Shown here: positions 29,728-39,052 of the stretch, piece by piece
Layout of the letters: the number at the start of each line of letters is the position of its first letter
How positions within the stretch are numbered: the first letter of the stretch is position 1
Assembly: GCA_040767085.1 (NCBI GenBank)
Contig: JAXGPF010000006.1
Coordinates: 224,001-288,000, forward strand
Source: Kiritimatiellia bacterium
GTDB taxonomy: Bacteria; Verrucomicrobiota; Kiritimatiellia; JAAZAB01
DNA: 64,000 nt
Direction: 5' to 3'
Notes under the pieces: generated by a model
The model's database searches: none
Told to the model about the DNA's origin: nothing
The model's input: only the letters and a program-made list of their open reading frames with translations
Position numbers and translations under genes: made by a program

Positions 29728-30194
29728 GAAGAAGGCCAGCCGGGGTGCCGTAGTTCCCATGCCGTTTCATACTCGCCGGCCGGCTCCGCCACGCTCCAAC
29801 GGCGATCTTTCTCGGGAAGATGCCTTTCCAGCGACTTCTCAATACCATTCAGCATTCGAATGCATTGTTTATAACGCTCTCGATATTTCATGAATACATC
29901 ATTCTTGATGTACCCCTTCAACTTGGCCATAAAAAGGTGATGCAGTGTTTCATCTGCCTCCCCGCGGCTGCGGTTGACCCCCTCAACCTTGTTGCGCACG
30001 TGGCGGTCATCATTTTTCTCGGCCAGTTGTGCGGGTGAACTGTTGGACGACCGCCTTATCTGCGCCCCCAGCTCATACCGTTCCTCTGCCGGCCAGGCAT
30101 GACTGAGATCACATATTTCAATATGTAGTTCACAGAGCTTCTGATAAACTTTCAGGTCCGCCACATCCAAATACGTTTTGGCGGTTTCCTCCAT
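29709..30194 (-). CDS. four-helix-bundle protein (23S rRNA IVP / Avd-like family)
   Basis: DLKVYQK...WPAEERYELGAQIRRSSNS.PAQLAE...SRGEA.ET..HL...GYI...RMLNG; GGAGG RBS; visibly more AT-rich than the tad genes. Confidence 0.88.
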   Translation of the reverse strand: MEETAKTYLDVADLKVYQKLCELHIEICDLSHAWPAEERYELGAQIRRSSNSSPAQLAEKNDDRHVRNKVEGVNRSRGEADETLHHLFMAKLKGYIKNDVFMKYRERYKQCIRMLNGIEKSLERHLPEKDRRWSVAEPAGEYETAWELRHPGWPSSPTTEH

Positions 30195-30204
30195 TCCCAT
30201 CCTC

Positions 30205-30255
30205 CACTGAACACTGAACACCCTTTTCCGTCCTGAACACCGAAATCCGAACACG
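30205..30255. repeat. heptamer array inverted relative to 29665-29727
   Basis: CACTGAACACTGAACAC...CTGAACACCGAAATCCGAACAC. Confidence 0.8.
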
Positions 30256-30298
30256 GCCCGCGGACACTGCTCCCGCAAACATACACCCCCGCCCCGCT

Positions 30299-31999
30299 TC
30301 ACCGCCGCCGGGCCGGCGGCTCGAACATGGCCATGTCTATTTCCAGGCCGCGGCTGCGGATGTCTTCGATGAAAGTCGGCACCGAACCGGAAGGCTGGAT
30401 GGCGCCGAGGACGCGGCCCTCGGCATCCAGCCCCGTCTGTTTGAACACGAAAATATCCTGCATGGTGATCCGGTCGCCCTCCAGGCCGGCGACTTCCGTA
30501 ACGGCGGTCACCTTGCGCGAGCCGTCGCTCAGGCGGGCGGTCTGGATGATCAGGTGGATGGCCGAAGCGATCTGCTCGCGGATCGCGCGCGAGGGCAGTT
30601 CGATGCCGGACATGAGGGTCATGGTTTCCAGGCGCGAAATCACATCGCGCGGCGAGTTGGCATGCACGGTGGTCAGGGATCCGTCGTGGCCGGTGTTCAT
30701 CGCCTGCAACATGTCCAGGGATTCGCCGCCGCGGCACTCGCCAATGATGATGCGGTCGGGGCGCATGCGCAAGGCGTTGCGCAGCAAATCGCGGATGGTG
30801 ACCGCGCCCCGGCCCTCGATGTTGGGCGGACGCGACTCCAGCCGCACCACGTGCGCCTGGGAGAGGCGCAACTCCGCCGAATCCTCAATCGTGACGATGC
30901 GATCGGTATTCGGCAGGAACGAACTCAGCACGTTCAAGAAGGTAGTTTTACCAGAGCCGGTGCCGCCGGCCACCACGATATTGCGGCGCAGCATGACGCA
31001 CAGGCGGAGGAATTCCGACATGGCGGGGGTCAACGTGCCCAGGCGGATCAAATCCGTCACGCTGAGGGCATCGCGCGCGAATTTGCGGATGGTCAGGCAT
31101 GGCCCGCTCAATGCCAGGGGCGGGATGATGGCATTGACCCGCGAACCATCCTTCAACCGGGCATCCACGTAGGGCTGGCTTTCGTCTATCCGACGGCCGA
31201 TGGGCGCCACGATGCGCTCGATGATGGCCAGCACGGAAGCGTCGTCCAGAAACACCCGGTCGCTCAACACCAGCCGGCCGCGCTTTTCCACGTAGATCTG
31301 GTCATGGCGGTTGACCATGATTTCCGTGATCTCGGGATCGGCCAGCATATCCTCCAGCGGCCCCAACCCCACCGCTTCGTCGTAAATTTCCTTGATCAGC
31401 ACCGCCGGCTCGATCCAGGCCGGCAGCCGCTGGCGCACTTCCTGGACGATCTGCTCCAGGGTCTGGCGCACCCGCTGGTGCAAATCCGCCTCCTGGATGT
31501 GGGAGGCCGTCAGCCGCTTCATATCCAGCCGCTCGAGCAGCACGGTGTGAATCTGCCGCTTCATCTGCCGCTTCTGTTCCTGCGCCGGATCGGCCCGCAA
31601 AACTTCCGACTGGGAAGGGACCGTCGAATCGCGCGGCGCGCGGACAGTGGCGCCAGGCGGCGGCGCGGCCGCCGGCGCTGGGGCCGGCGGCGGCGCCGCC
31701 GGCCGGCGCACTACCAGGCCGTATTCGCCGCAGCGGATTTCCTGGCCCGGCTTGTACGGGGCGCGCCCCCGCACCGGCGCGCCGTCCAGCATGGTGCCCA
31801 AGCCGCTGTCGAGGTCCTCCACAAAAAATCCGTCTTCGCGCAGCAGCAAGATCGCGTGCCGGCGCGCGACGGCGGCGTCGGGGATGACGATTTTATTGCC
31901 CCGTTCCGAGCCGATGGGGTACACTCCCATGGGCACCAGCTGCTGTTGCAGCGGCGTCCCGGCATGGTTGATTTCCAGTTGGAGCAAATTTTCTGACAT
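30299..31999 (-). CDS. cpaF: Tad/Flp pilus assembly ATPase with N-terminal FHA-like domain
   Basis: GLGPLE.ML.DP.ITEIMVN, DARLKDGSRVN, GGTGSGKTT, IEDSAEL, LRMRPDRII.GECRG, MNTGHDGS; N-terminal FHA-like segment and Pro/Ala linker. Confidence 0.93.
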   Translation of the reverse strand: MSENLLQLEINHAGTPLQQQLVPMGVYPIGSERGNKIVIPDAAVARRHAILLLREDGFFVEDLDSGLGTMLDGAPVRGRAPYKPGQEIRCGEYGLVVRRPAAPPPAPAPAAAPPPGATVRAPRDSTVPSQSEVLRADPAQEQKRQMKRQIHTVLLERLDMKRLTASHIQEADLHQRVRQTLEQIVQEVRQRLPAWIEPAVLIKEIYDEAVGLGPLEDMLADPEITEIMVNRHDQIYVEKRGRLVLSDRVFLDDASVLAIIERIVAPIGRRIDESQPYVDARLKDGSRVNAIIPPLALSGPCLTIRKFARDALSVTDLIRLGTLTPAMSEFLRLCVMLRRNIVVAGGTGSGKTTFLNVLSSFLPNTDRIVTIEDSAELRLSQAHVVRLESRPPNIEGRGAVTIRDLLRNALRMRPDRIIIGECRGGESLDMLQAMNTGHDGSLTTVHANSPRDVISRLETMTLMSGIELPSRAIREQIASAIHLIIQTARLSDGSRKVTAVTEVAGLEGDRITMQDIFVFKQTGLDAEGRVLGAIQPSGSVPTFIEDIRSRGLEIDMAMFEPPARRR

Positions 32000-32007
32000 G
32001 CCAGCCT

Positions 32008-32808
32008 TTACAGTTCCTGCTTGTGGCGGATGTCGCGCTGCCGGATCATGTTCAATTCCTGCAGCTTGTCCTGGATACGCTGATAATCTATCGGCGGCAA
32101 ATCCTTGACGAAGGTCACGTCGGCCGGATTGCGGAGTGCCAGCGAGAGCCGGCCCCTGACGGACTGGGCAAACACCAGCAATTCCACTTCGCGCGGGGTA
32201 ACTTCCAGGGTGATCGTGCTGTATCCCGCCCGCGCCGCCTGGCGCTCGCCCGTTTGCGGCCGGGCCGCCATCTGCTGGCCGGCGGCCAGCACCGTCACAT
32301 CCTGCAGGACGGTCAGTGTGACGATTTCCTGCTCGTTGGGCCGGTTGGTGGAAGGAATGGTGAACGTGCCGATGATGTCCACATGATCGTTCGGCCGCAC
32401 CATGCCGCTGACCGACGAAACGGCGTCAACCGAAATCGAGATGGCGCGCAGCGACAGGGTCACAATATCGGCCAGGCCGGCCTCCGCGCGATACGGCACG
32501 TCCACGTCCGACCACAGGATCGGCTCGTTTTTGTTGATGGTGAAGAGCAGCTTTTTGCCGACGATTTCCTCGGCCGATTCCGGCAGCACCGCCCGGTTGC
32601 CGACATTGCGGCGGAACACCTTCAGCTTGCCGAGGTCGGTCCGCTTGAGGACCGAGCCGGCCGGCAGGTCCTGCGCCGCACCCACCACCCAGATGCTGCT
32701 GGCGCCGCTCATGATCAGTTCCTTCTCGTGGCGCAGATAGGCGCCGGTCAGCAGGAACGCCAGGATCCCGCATACCAGCGCAATGACCAGGACGAGTTTT
32801 TGCTTCAT
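32008..32808 (-). CDS. cpaB: Flp pilus assembly protein CpaB/RcpC
   Basis: N-terminal TM, SAF domain (AAQDLPAG), RAISISVD....SGMVRPNDHVDI, LQDVTVLA, LSLALRN. Confidence 0.9.
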   Translation of the reverse strand: MKQKLVLVIALVCGILAFLLTGAYLRHEKELIMSGASSIWVVGAAQDLPAGSVLKRTDLGKLKVFRRNVGNRAVLPESAEEIVGKKLLFTINKNEPILWSDVDVPYRAEAGLADIVTLSLRAISISVDAVSSVSGMVRPNDHVDIIGTFTIPSTNRPNEQEIVTLTVLQDVTVLAAGQQMAARPQTGERQAARAGYSTITLEVTPREVELLVFAQSVRGRLSLALRNPADVTFVKDLPPIDYQRIQDKLQELNMIRQRDIRHKQEL

Positions 32809-32866
32809 GGCATTTTACCGTTTGCTGTTTTCCAGGCGGCCGGGCTGCCGGGCGGCGGCGCAGTCT

Positions 32867-33838
32867 TTAAATCGCTTCAATGGTGGAGGGCGGCTTGGCG
32901 GTGATGTTGTACGTCACGCTGACCACGCCCGGCACTTCGCGGGTGATCTGGTCGCCCAGTTTCACCAGGGTTTTATAGGGCAGATGCGTGGGACGGGCGG
33001 TGACGGCATCGCGGCTGTCCCAGCAGCGCACTTCGATCTGGCGGCCGAAGTCGCGGCGGCCGGCCCGGATGCCCGTCACGCGGTCGGCGTGCAAAATCGC
33101 CAGGCATTGGAACGCCGGCACGCGCGCCAGGACGCGCTCCACAACCGCCGTGGCCTGGCGCACCAATTCCACTTCCGCGGGGGTGACTTCGCCGATCACG
33201 CGCGCGGCCAGTGCCGGCCCGGGGAACGGCGGCCGCTGGCAGAGGGCGGCGGGCAACCCCAGGGCGCGCCCCACGCGGCGCACGGCCGGTTTGCGCAGGT
33301 TGATCAAGGGTTCCAGCACGGTATAGCCGTAGGCTTTGCGGGTGTCGATGCCCAGTTGGGACAGGATGTTATGCTGGCGCTTGATCCCGGCCACCGTTTC
33401 CTCCACGTCGGTCAGAATCGTGCCGTGCAGCAGAAAGCGCGCGCCGGTCCGCCGGACCAGCCGGCCGAAAACTTTTTTGTAAAAGGCATGGGTGATGGCC
33501 TGGCGCTTGGCTTCCGGGTCGGTCTTCCCCTTGAGTTCGGCGAAAAACTCGCGGCGCGCGTCCACCAATTCGACCGGGACGCCGCGCTGGCGGAACAGCT
33601 TGACCACGGTCTGCGGCTCGCCCGCCCGCATCAAGCCATTGTCAATGAAATAGGTTTTCAGGCGCGCGCCCAACGCGCGGTGGGCCAGCAGCGTCACCAC
33701 CGACGAATCCACGCCCCCGGAGAGCGCGTTGATGGCGATGCCATCGCCTACCGCCGCGCGCAAGGCCGCGACCTGGTCCCGGATGTATTCCGCCGGCTTC
33801 AGCCTGGCCAGAGTGATTTCCTTGAGTTTAGTTTTCAT
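32867..33838 (-). CDS. GMP synthase ATP-pyrophosphatase subunit (stand-alone subunit B)
   Basis: ALSGGVDSSV, FIDNGLMR, TDPEAKR, IKRQHN, PFPGPALAARVIGEVT, YNITAKPPSTIE; no glutaminase domain. Confidence 0.85.
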   Translation of the reverse strand: MKTKLKEITLARLKPAEYIRDQVAALRAAVGDGIAINALSGGVDSSVVTLLAHRALGARLKTYFIDNGLMRAGEPQTVVKLFRQRGVPVELVDARREFFAELKGKTDPEAKRQAITHAFYKKVFGRLVRRTGARFLLHGTILTDVEETVAGIKRQHNILSQLGIDTRKAYGYTVLEPLINLRKPAVRRVGRALGLPAALCQRPPFPGPALAARVIGEVTPAEVELVRQATAVVERVLARVPAFQCLAILHADRVTGIRAGRRDFGRQIEVRCWDSRDAVTARPTHLPYKTLVKLGDQITREVPGVVSVTYNITAKPPSTIEAI

Positions 33839-33923
33839 GTACGCTCCCGTTTGATTCGATGCAGCCTGTTGATTCGCGGCAGTATATCGCACCGGGCGAC
33901 AAACACCAACAGGAAAATTCCGG

Positions 33924-34442
33924 TTAAAATTCCACGCCCGGCCGCGCCGCCACGCCCCGGTCATAGGGATGCTTGACGGCGCGCATTTCGGTGACCAGGT
34001 CCGCCCGTTCCAGCAGGCGCGGATGCGCATCGCGTCCGGTAATCACCAGTTCCACGCCGGCCGGCCGGATGTCCGCCAGACGGAGCAGCCGGTCAACGCC
34101 GAACAGGCCGGCGGCGACGGCGCAATTAGCCTCGTCGGCTATCACCATGTCATAGGCGCCGCCGCATAATGCCTGTTCCAGATCGGCCAGGCCGGCGGCC
34201 GCCGCGCGGATATCTTCCGCGGCGGGCGGCCCTTGTATAAACCGGCCAAGGCCGTACTGCCGGCAAGCGATCTGCGGCAGATATGTGCGCAAGGCCCGGA
34301 TTTCGCTGAACGCGCCGGACTTGATGAATTGCCCGATGAATACCCGCAAGCCTGCGCCCGCGGCGCGCAATGCCAGGCCCAGCGCCGCGGTGGTTTTCCC
34401 CTTGCCGCCGCCGGTATATACTTGAAGTAAGCCGGTCTGCAT
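33924..34442 (-). CDS. cobO: cob(I)alamin adenosyltransferase (CobO/BtuR family)
   Basis: VYTGGGKGKTTAALGLALRA, QFIK, ELVITGR, ADLVTEM..KHPY..G..AR.GVEF. Confidence 0.92.
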   Translation of the reverse strand: MQTGLLQVYTGGGKGKTTAALGLALRAAGAGLRVFIGQFIKSGAFSEIRALRTYLPQIACRQYGLGRFIQGPPAAEDIRAAAAGLADLEQALCGGAYDMVIADEANCAVAAGLFGVDRLLRLADIRPAGVELVITGRDAHPRLLERADLVTEMRAVKHPYDRGVAARPGVEF

Positions 34443-34443
34443 A

Positions 34444-35484
34444 TTAAACATCCACCGGCGGCGGGCGCTCGCCAAAACGTTCCGCCAGTTGCAACGTTTC
34501 TTTCAGCGGCCGCATGCCATCGGTGGCGCCGGGATGCGCCAACGAAGCCGCCGCGGCGCAGGCGCCCAACCGCATGCCATCCTGGTAATTCCATCCCTCA
34601 TGCAGGGCGTAGAGCATGCCCGCGCAGAAGGCGTCGCCGGCGCCCACGGCGCCCTTGATATAATCGGCCGGCAGCCGCAACGAACCGCGCGCCAGGCGTT
34701 GGCCTGAGCGCGTCTGGAGATAGGCGCCCTCTGGCATATGCACCACCACCAGTTCCATGCCGCCCATCTCCAGAAGTTTTTCCGCCGATGCCAGCAAGGC
34801 CGCGCCGTTAAAGCTGCCGTCGTCGCGGCGGATGGGCAGGCCCACCGTCCGGCCGGCTTCGATTTCGTTCAGAATCAGGTAATCGGTGTACGGCAGGGCC
34901 GCCGGCACGATCCGCGCGAACCGGTCGCTTTCCTCGCTGACCACATCCACGCTGGTCTTGATGCCCGCAGCCTGCACATGGCGCAACAGCCGGGCGGCCG
35001 CGGTGCCGTATTGCTTGTCGGGCGCATCCATGGCGTCCAGCAGCAGCAGGTAGCCCAGGTGAAAGATGCGGCAGGACAAGCGCGCCACCGGCACATGCTC
35101 CGGGCTGAAGCGGGCATTGGCGCCGCGGCAATGGTAAAACACGCGGTCGCCGGTGCCGCTTTCCGTCATGACGTCGGTAAAGGATGTCGCGGCGTCCGGC
35201 AGCGCCAGCAGGCCGGAGCAATCTATTTTGCATTCCGCGCAATTGCGCAGCACAAAATCACGGCCGGCATCCGCGCCCACCACGCCAATCCCGGCCAGCG
35301 GGAAATCGGCGCCCAGCCGGCCCAGGTCCATCAGCACGTTGAACGGCGCGCCGCCGGTGCCCAGGGTTTCCGACTGGATGTTGGCGAGCATGCCGCGCCC
35401 CGGCAGGCAGTCCAGCATTTTCACATGATCCACGATCCAGTTGCCCGCGCAGGTGATCCCGCGCAGTTGATTTTTCGATTGCAT
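34444..35484 (-). CDS. PfkB-family carbohydrate kinase
   Basis: GGAPFNV, GVVGAD, LNEIEA, VGAGDAFCAG. Confidence 0.9.
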   Translation of the reverse strand: MQSKNQLRGITCAGNWIVDHVKMLDCLPGRGMLANIQSETLGTGGAPFNVLMDLGRLGADFPLAGIGVVGADAGRDFVLRNCAECKIDCSGLLALPDAATSFTDVMTESGTGDRVFYHCRGANARFSPEHVPVARLSCRIFHLGYLLLLDAMDAPDKQYGTAAARLLRHVQAAGIKTSVDVVSEESDRFARIVPAALPYTDYLILNEIEAGRTVGLPIRRDDGSFNGAALLASAEKLLEMGGMELVVVHMPEGAYLQTRSGQRLARGSLRLPADYIKGAVGAGDAFCAGMLYALHEGWNYQDGMRLGACAAAASLAHPGATDGMRPLKETLQLAERFGERPPPVDV

Positions 35485-35501
35485 GATTCCCCATCCCAAG
35501 G

Positions 35502-36650
35502 TTAGTACAACAAAACTTCCCGGCGCTCGGCGTTAAAACGGCGCAAGCCGGCGCGCCACCCGGCGCTGATTGCCCGCCAATCCCGGCCCTGCTGCAACTG
35601 GATGCGCGTCATGGGCGAGCCGTAAAGCTTGTCAAAAAAATCCGGTCGGGCGTCGGGCGCGCGCCAGATGCGCGCGGCGCCATACAACCGCTGCAGGCAC
35701 TCCAGGATCGCCAGGCTGGCGGCCGCGGGCCGGAAAATCCGCGGATCATGCACCGCCAGGCGGATGCCATCCAGCAGGCGGTCCGCGCCGGCCGGCTGGT
35801 AAGGATGGGCGTAAAACTTCACCCCGGGCAATGCCTGCCGGCGCAGCCAATCGAGCGCGGGCGCGGCGCGCAGCCACGGCGCGCCGAAAACCTGGAAGAC
35901 CAGGTTGGTGCCACGTCCGGTGTCCACCGCCGGCAGCGCCTCGCCGAACACCGTCGCCAGGTAACAGCGGGCGGTTTCCCAGGAGCGGATGCCGGGCGAC
36001 GGCGGCAGCCAGGGCGGCCAATCGGCCTCCCGGCCCGGTTGCCGGCGGTATCCCGCCATGGGCGCCACGCGCACATCCGCGTCCAGGCCAAGCTTGCGCC
36101 GCAGCCAGAGCGCCGTCTCCCCCGGGGTCATACCATAAGCCATGGGCGCCGGCACGGCGCAGACAAAGCTGTCGCAACTCCCATCCGGCAGTGGCCCGTC
36201 GGCAACATGCGGCAGGGGGATCGGCCGATCGGCGACGATCACTGGAAGGCCGGCGGCGGCGGCGGCTTCCAGCACACCGCGCAACGTGGAGACGTAAGTG
36301 TAAGGCCGCGCTCCCAGGTCCTGCAAATCGAACACGAGCAAATCCAAGCCCCGCAATTGCGCCGGTGTCGGACGCCGGGCGGAGCCGTACAGGGAATAAA
36401 CCGGCACATTCCAGGCCGGGTGGCGGCGATGTCCCACCCGGGCGCCCGCGCCGGCGGCGCCGGCAAATCCATGTTCGGGCCCGAACAGCGCCGCCAGCCG
36501 GGTGCCGCGGCCAAGCCGCAGCCTTTCCGCGGTGGTCGCGCCCTGGCGGTCCACGGCGGCCAGGTGGCTTACCAAGCCCACACGCGCGCCAGCCAGCCAG
36601 CGCCGGCGGCTTCCGAGCAATACATCTATTCCGGGTCGGAAAGCGCCCAT
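35502..36650 (-). CDS. DUF1343 / NamZ-like exo-beta-N-acetylmuramidase
   Basis: LFGPEHGF.G, VYSLYG..RRPT, FDLQDLGAR.YTYVST, DRP.PL, GMTPGE, W.PPSP, GRGT. Confidence 0.85.
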   Translation of the reverse strand: MGAFRPGIDVLLGSRRRWLAGARVGLVSHLAAVDRQGATTAERLRLGRGTRLAALFGPEHGFAGAAGAGARVGHRRHPAWNVPVYSLYGSARRPTPAQLRGLDLLVFDLQDLGARPYTYVSTLRGVLEAAAAAGLPVIVADRPIPLPHVADGPLPDGSCDSFVCAVPAPMAYGMTPGETALWLRRKLGLDADVRVAPMAGYRRQPGREADWPPWLPPSPGIRSWETARCYLATVFGEALPAVDTGRGTNLVFQVFGAPWLRAAPALDWLRRQALPGVKFYAHPYQPAGADRLLDGIRLAVHDPRIFRPAAASLAILECLQRLYGAARIWRAPDARPDFFDKLYGSPMTRIQLQQGRDWRAISAGWRAGLRRFNAERREVLLY

Positions 36651-36659
36651 GTCACGCCG

Positions 36660-37904
36660 TCATTTCGCCATGATACGCGGATCGGTTACCCGCTGTTCGC
36701 GCACGTTCTTCTTCTCGCCCTTGGCCGACCGGCGCAGTTTTTCCAGCAAGGCGGCATACTTGGCGCGGCCGATCGGCAGCTTGACCCAACCGCCGGTATG
36801 CGACGACAGGGTAATGGCGTTGGCCAATTCCAACGAACCCAGCCCGCTCTCGCCCGGCGTCACCAGCGGCGCGTCGAACAGAATATGGTCCACGGTATTC
36901 TTGATCACCTGCGTGTGGCTGACGGCATGCGGCGGCGCGCGGTCGAAATCTTCATAATCGCTGTGGGCCAACTGCGCCATTTGAGTGGCGACGGGCACCT
37001 CCCAGACCTGCGGGCTGCCCCACATATCCGTGCTTTTCCGTACATGCTCGCCCAGGGAGGGATGGTACTGATAAAACGATAATTTCCCGTCGCGCAGGAA
37101 CAATTTGCCCTTGTCGCCGCAGATTTCGATGGTCTGGCCGGGCGCCGTCTCGCAGGTCGTACAATAAAGGTAGCCCACGCCGCCGTTGGGATAGCGCAAC
37201 AACGCCTCCGCCTGATCCTCCACTTCGATCTTATGCATGCGGGTGGAAGTAATGCCCAGGACCTCGCTGGGCAAGCCGGCCAACTGGATGAACATGTCAA
37301 TCATGTGCGGCGATTGGTTCATCATCACGCCGCCGCCTTCACCCCGCCAGGTGGCGCGCCACCGGCCGGCGTCATAGTAACTCTGCGAGCGGTACTGCAA
37401 ATCCACCAGCATGGTCCGGTTGATGGCGCCGATATGGCCGCCCTGGATCAATTCGCGGGCCTTGACCATGGTGGGGCTGAACCGCATTTGAAACATGACC
37501 GTGAAAACCACCTTGTTGCGCTTGGCCGCCTGCACCATTTTTTCCGCGGTGGCGATGGATTCGGTCAGCGGTTTCTCGGAAATCACGTGCAGGCCGGCCT
37601 GCATGGCGTCCACCGCCACCTGCATATGGAAGGGATGGGGCGTGGCGATCAAGACCAGGTCGCACACGCCGGCCTTGATCAATGCCCGGTGATCGCCGAA
37701 ATGCGGCACGCCCCACTCCTGGCCGACTTCCGCGGCCGAGGGCAGATTCGTGTCGCATACCGCCGCCAGCCGCGCATGGGGCACTGACTGAATACAGCGG
37801 CAATGCCCGCGTCCCATGCCGCCGGTGCCGACCACGGCAATGCGGACAAAGCCGTTGCGGCGGGATTGCTGACGGTCCTTCCTGCTGAGCTTGCTCTTGG
37901 CCAT
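36660..37904 (-). CDS. Gfo/Idh/MocA family oxidoreductase
   Basis: VVGTGGMG, ATPH..H, HVISEKP, WRATW.GEGGGV.MNQSPH. Confidence 0.92.
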   Translation of the reverse strand: MAKSKLSRKDRQQSRRNGFVRIAVVGTGGMGRGHCRCIQSVPHARLAAVCDTNLPSAAEVGQEWGVPHFGDHRALIKAGVCDLVLIATPHPFHMQVAVDAMQAGLHVISEKPLTESIATAEKMVQAAKRNKVVFTVMFQMRFSPTMVKARELIQGGHIGAINRTMLVDLQYRSQSYYDAGRWRATWRGEGGGVMMNQSPHMIDMFIQLAGLPSEVLGITSTRMHKIEVEDQAEALLRYPNGGVGYLYCTTCETAPGQTIEICGDKGKLFLRDGKLSFYQYHPSLGEHVRKSTDMWGSPQVWEVPVATQMAQLAHSDYEDFDRAPPHAVSHTQVIKNTVDHILFDAPLVTPGESGLGSLELANAITLSSHTGGWVKLPIGRAKYAALLEKLRRSAKGEKKNVREQRVTDPRIMAK

Positions 37905-37946
37905 GCGTCTGCTCCTTGTTCTCAATTTTCATTGAAGGTGTGGCCT

Positions 37947-37974
37947 ATGATACCGTCCCGGCGGGTGGTGTCAA
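37947..37974 (-). promoter_or_regulatory. sigma70-like promoter
   Basis: Minus strand TTGACA-16 nt-TATCAT upstream of the 36660-37904 gene. Confidence 0.55.
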
Positions 37975-38114
37975 GGCAAACCCGGCATTCCCCCTCAAGG
38001 CTGCAGGGATGCGTCATTCTAGGCGGCACGCTCCCGCGCCAGGCGGGACAAGCCGGAGGTTCACCCCGCTCTGGGCGGGGACGTGCCCTACCAAAGGCAA
38101 AATTATTAAAAAAT

Positions 38115-38200
38115 GGCAGGGCGCGGTCTCCCTGCTTCGCTGAAGCTATGCAGGGCAAGCCGCACCGCGCCGTCTTTCCCGGGAAGGACGCAGCCGTGCC
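38115..38200. repeat. dispersed REP-like repeat with nested palindromic insert
   Basis: GGCAGGGCG.GGTCTCCCTGC...AAGCTAT.CAGG..CAAGCCGCACC...TCTTT.CCGGGAA.GACGCAGCC, shared with 3121-3240. Confidence 0.6.
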
Positions 38201-38290
38201 GCCAAATGGCTTGCCTTAAGATTGTGCTTGATTTATCAGGCGGCATCCGGCAGGATTTCGCCCTGAAATAAATTCATTACTGGAGGCTAC

Positions 38291-39052
38291 ATGTCCTTGC
38301 GCCGCATCATCCAAACCGCCTGCATTATCGCCTGTATCCCCTGTCTGTCCCGGCTGGCGCCCGACGCCGCGGCTCAGTCCGCCGGTCTCGTTATCGAGCA
38401 AACCATGGAACTCAGCGTCATTCCCGGCCAGCCGCCCATGGCGAGCACGCAAAAAATCTGGCTGGCGCCCGGCAAAATACGCATGGAAATGCAAGGCGGC
38501 AGCATGCCTGGCATGGGTAACATGACCACGATCGTCCGGACCGACTTGAACAAGGTCTATATGTTGGACGATACCGCCAAAACTTACATGGAGATGCCCG
38601 CCGATCTGGCCGCCGGCACCACGGCCGCCAAAATTGAGATGAGGGCCACCGGCCAGAAGAAAAAGATCAAGGAATGGAATTGCGAGGAATACATCATCAC
38701 CGGCAGCGGCGAAATGGCCGAGATCAAGATGACCGTCTGGGCGTCCGAGGATATCAAGGTTGACGAAAAACTCCGCGACAGCCTGCTGGCCTCGATCAAA
38801 AATCCCATGTTAAATTCGCTGGCCGATAAGCTGCGCGAACTCAAGGGATTCCCCGTGGAGCAATCCATCGCTATCAATATGGGCGGTATGCCCACCACCA
38901 CGGCCACACGGCTCAATTCCGTGGCAGAACAGAACATTCCCGACGATAAGTTCGAAGTACCCGCGGGCTATGCCCTGCGCCAGATGTTCCCGCAAGGGGG
39001 GCCTCCCAAAGCGCCAGGCGGCAGTGCTGTTACCGCCGGCAATCCGGATTAA
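38291..39052 (+). CDS. secreted DUF4412-like protein
   Basis: Signal peptide, KIRME, IVRTD..KVYMLD...KTYME, TG.KKKI..WNC.EY, GFP, FEVPAGY. Confidence 0.75.
   Translation: MSLRRIIQTACIIACIPCLSRLAPDAAAQSAGLVIEQTMELSVIPGQPPMASTQKIWLAPGKIRMEMQGGSMPGMGNMTTIVRTDLNKVYMLDDTAKTYMEMPADLAAGTTAAKIEMRATGQKKKIKEWNCEEYIITGSGEMAEIKMTVWASEDIKVDEKLRDSLLASIKNPMLNSLADKLRELKGFPVEQSIAINMGGMPTTTATRLNSVAEQNIPDDKFEVPAGYALRQMFPQGGPPKAPGGSAVTAGNPD

Noticed and set aside
29665-30255. Diversity-generating retroelement (Avd-like gene)
   Set aside because: No reverse transcriptase and no TR/VR pair with adenine-specific mismatches seen in the window
29709-30737. 342-aa ORF as listed in the track
   Set aside because: The N-terminal part is an alternate frame of cpaF plus repeat DNA; the real gene starts at 30194 after GGAGG
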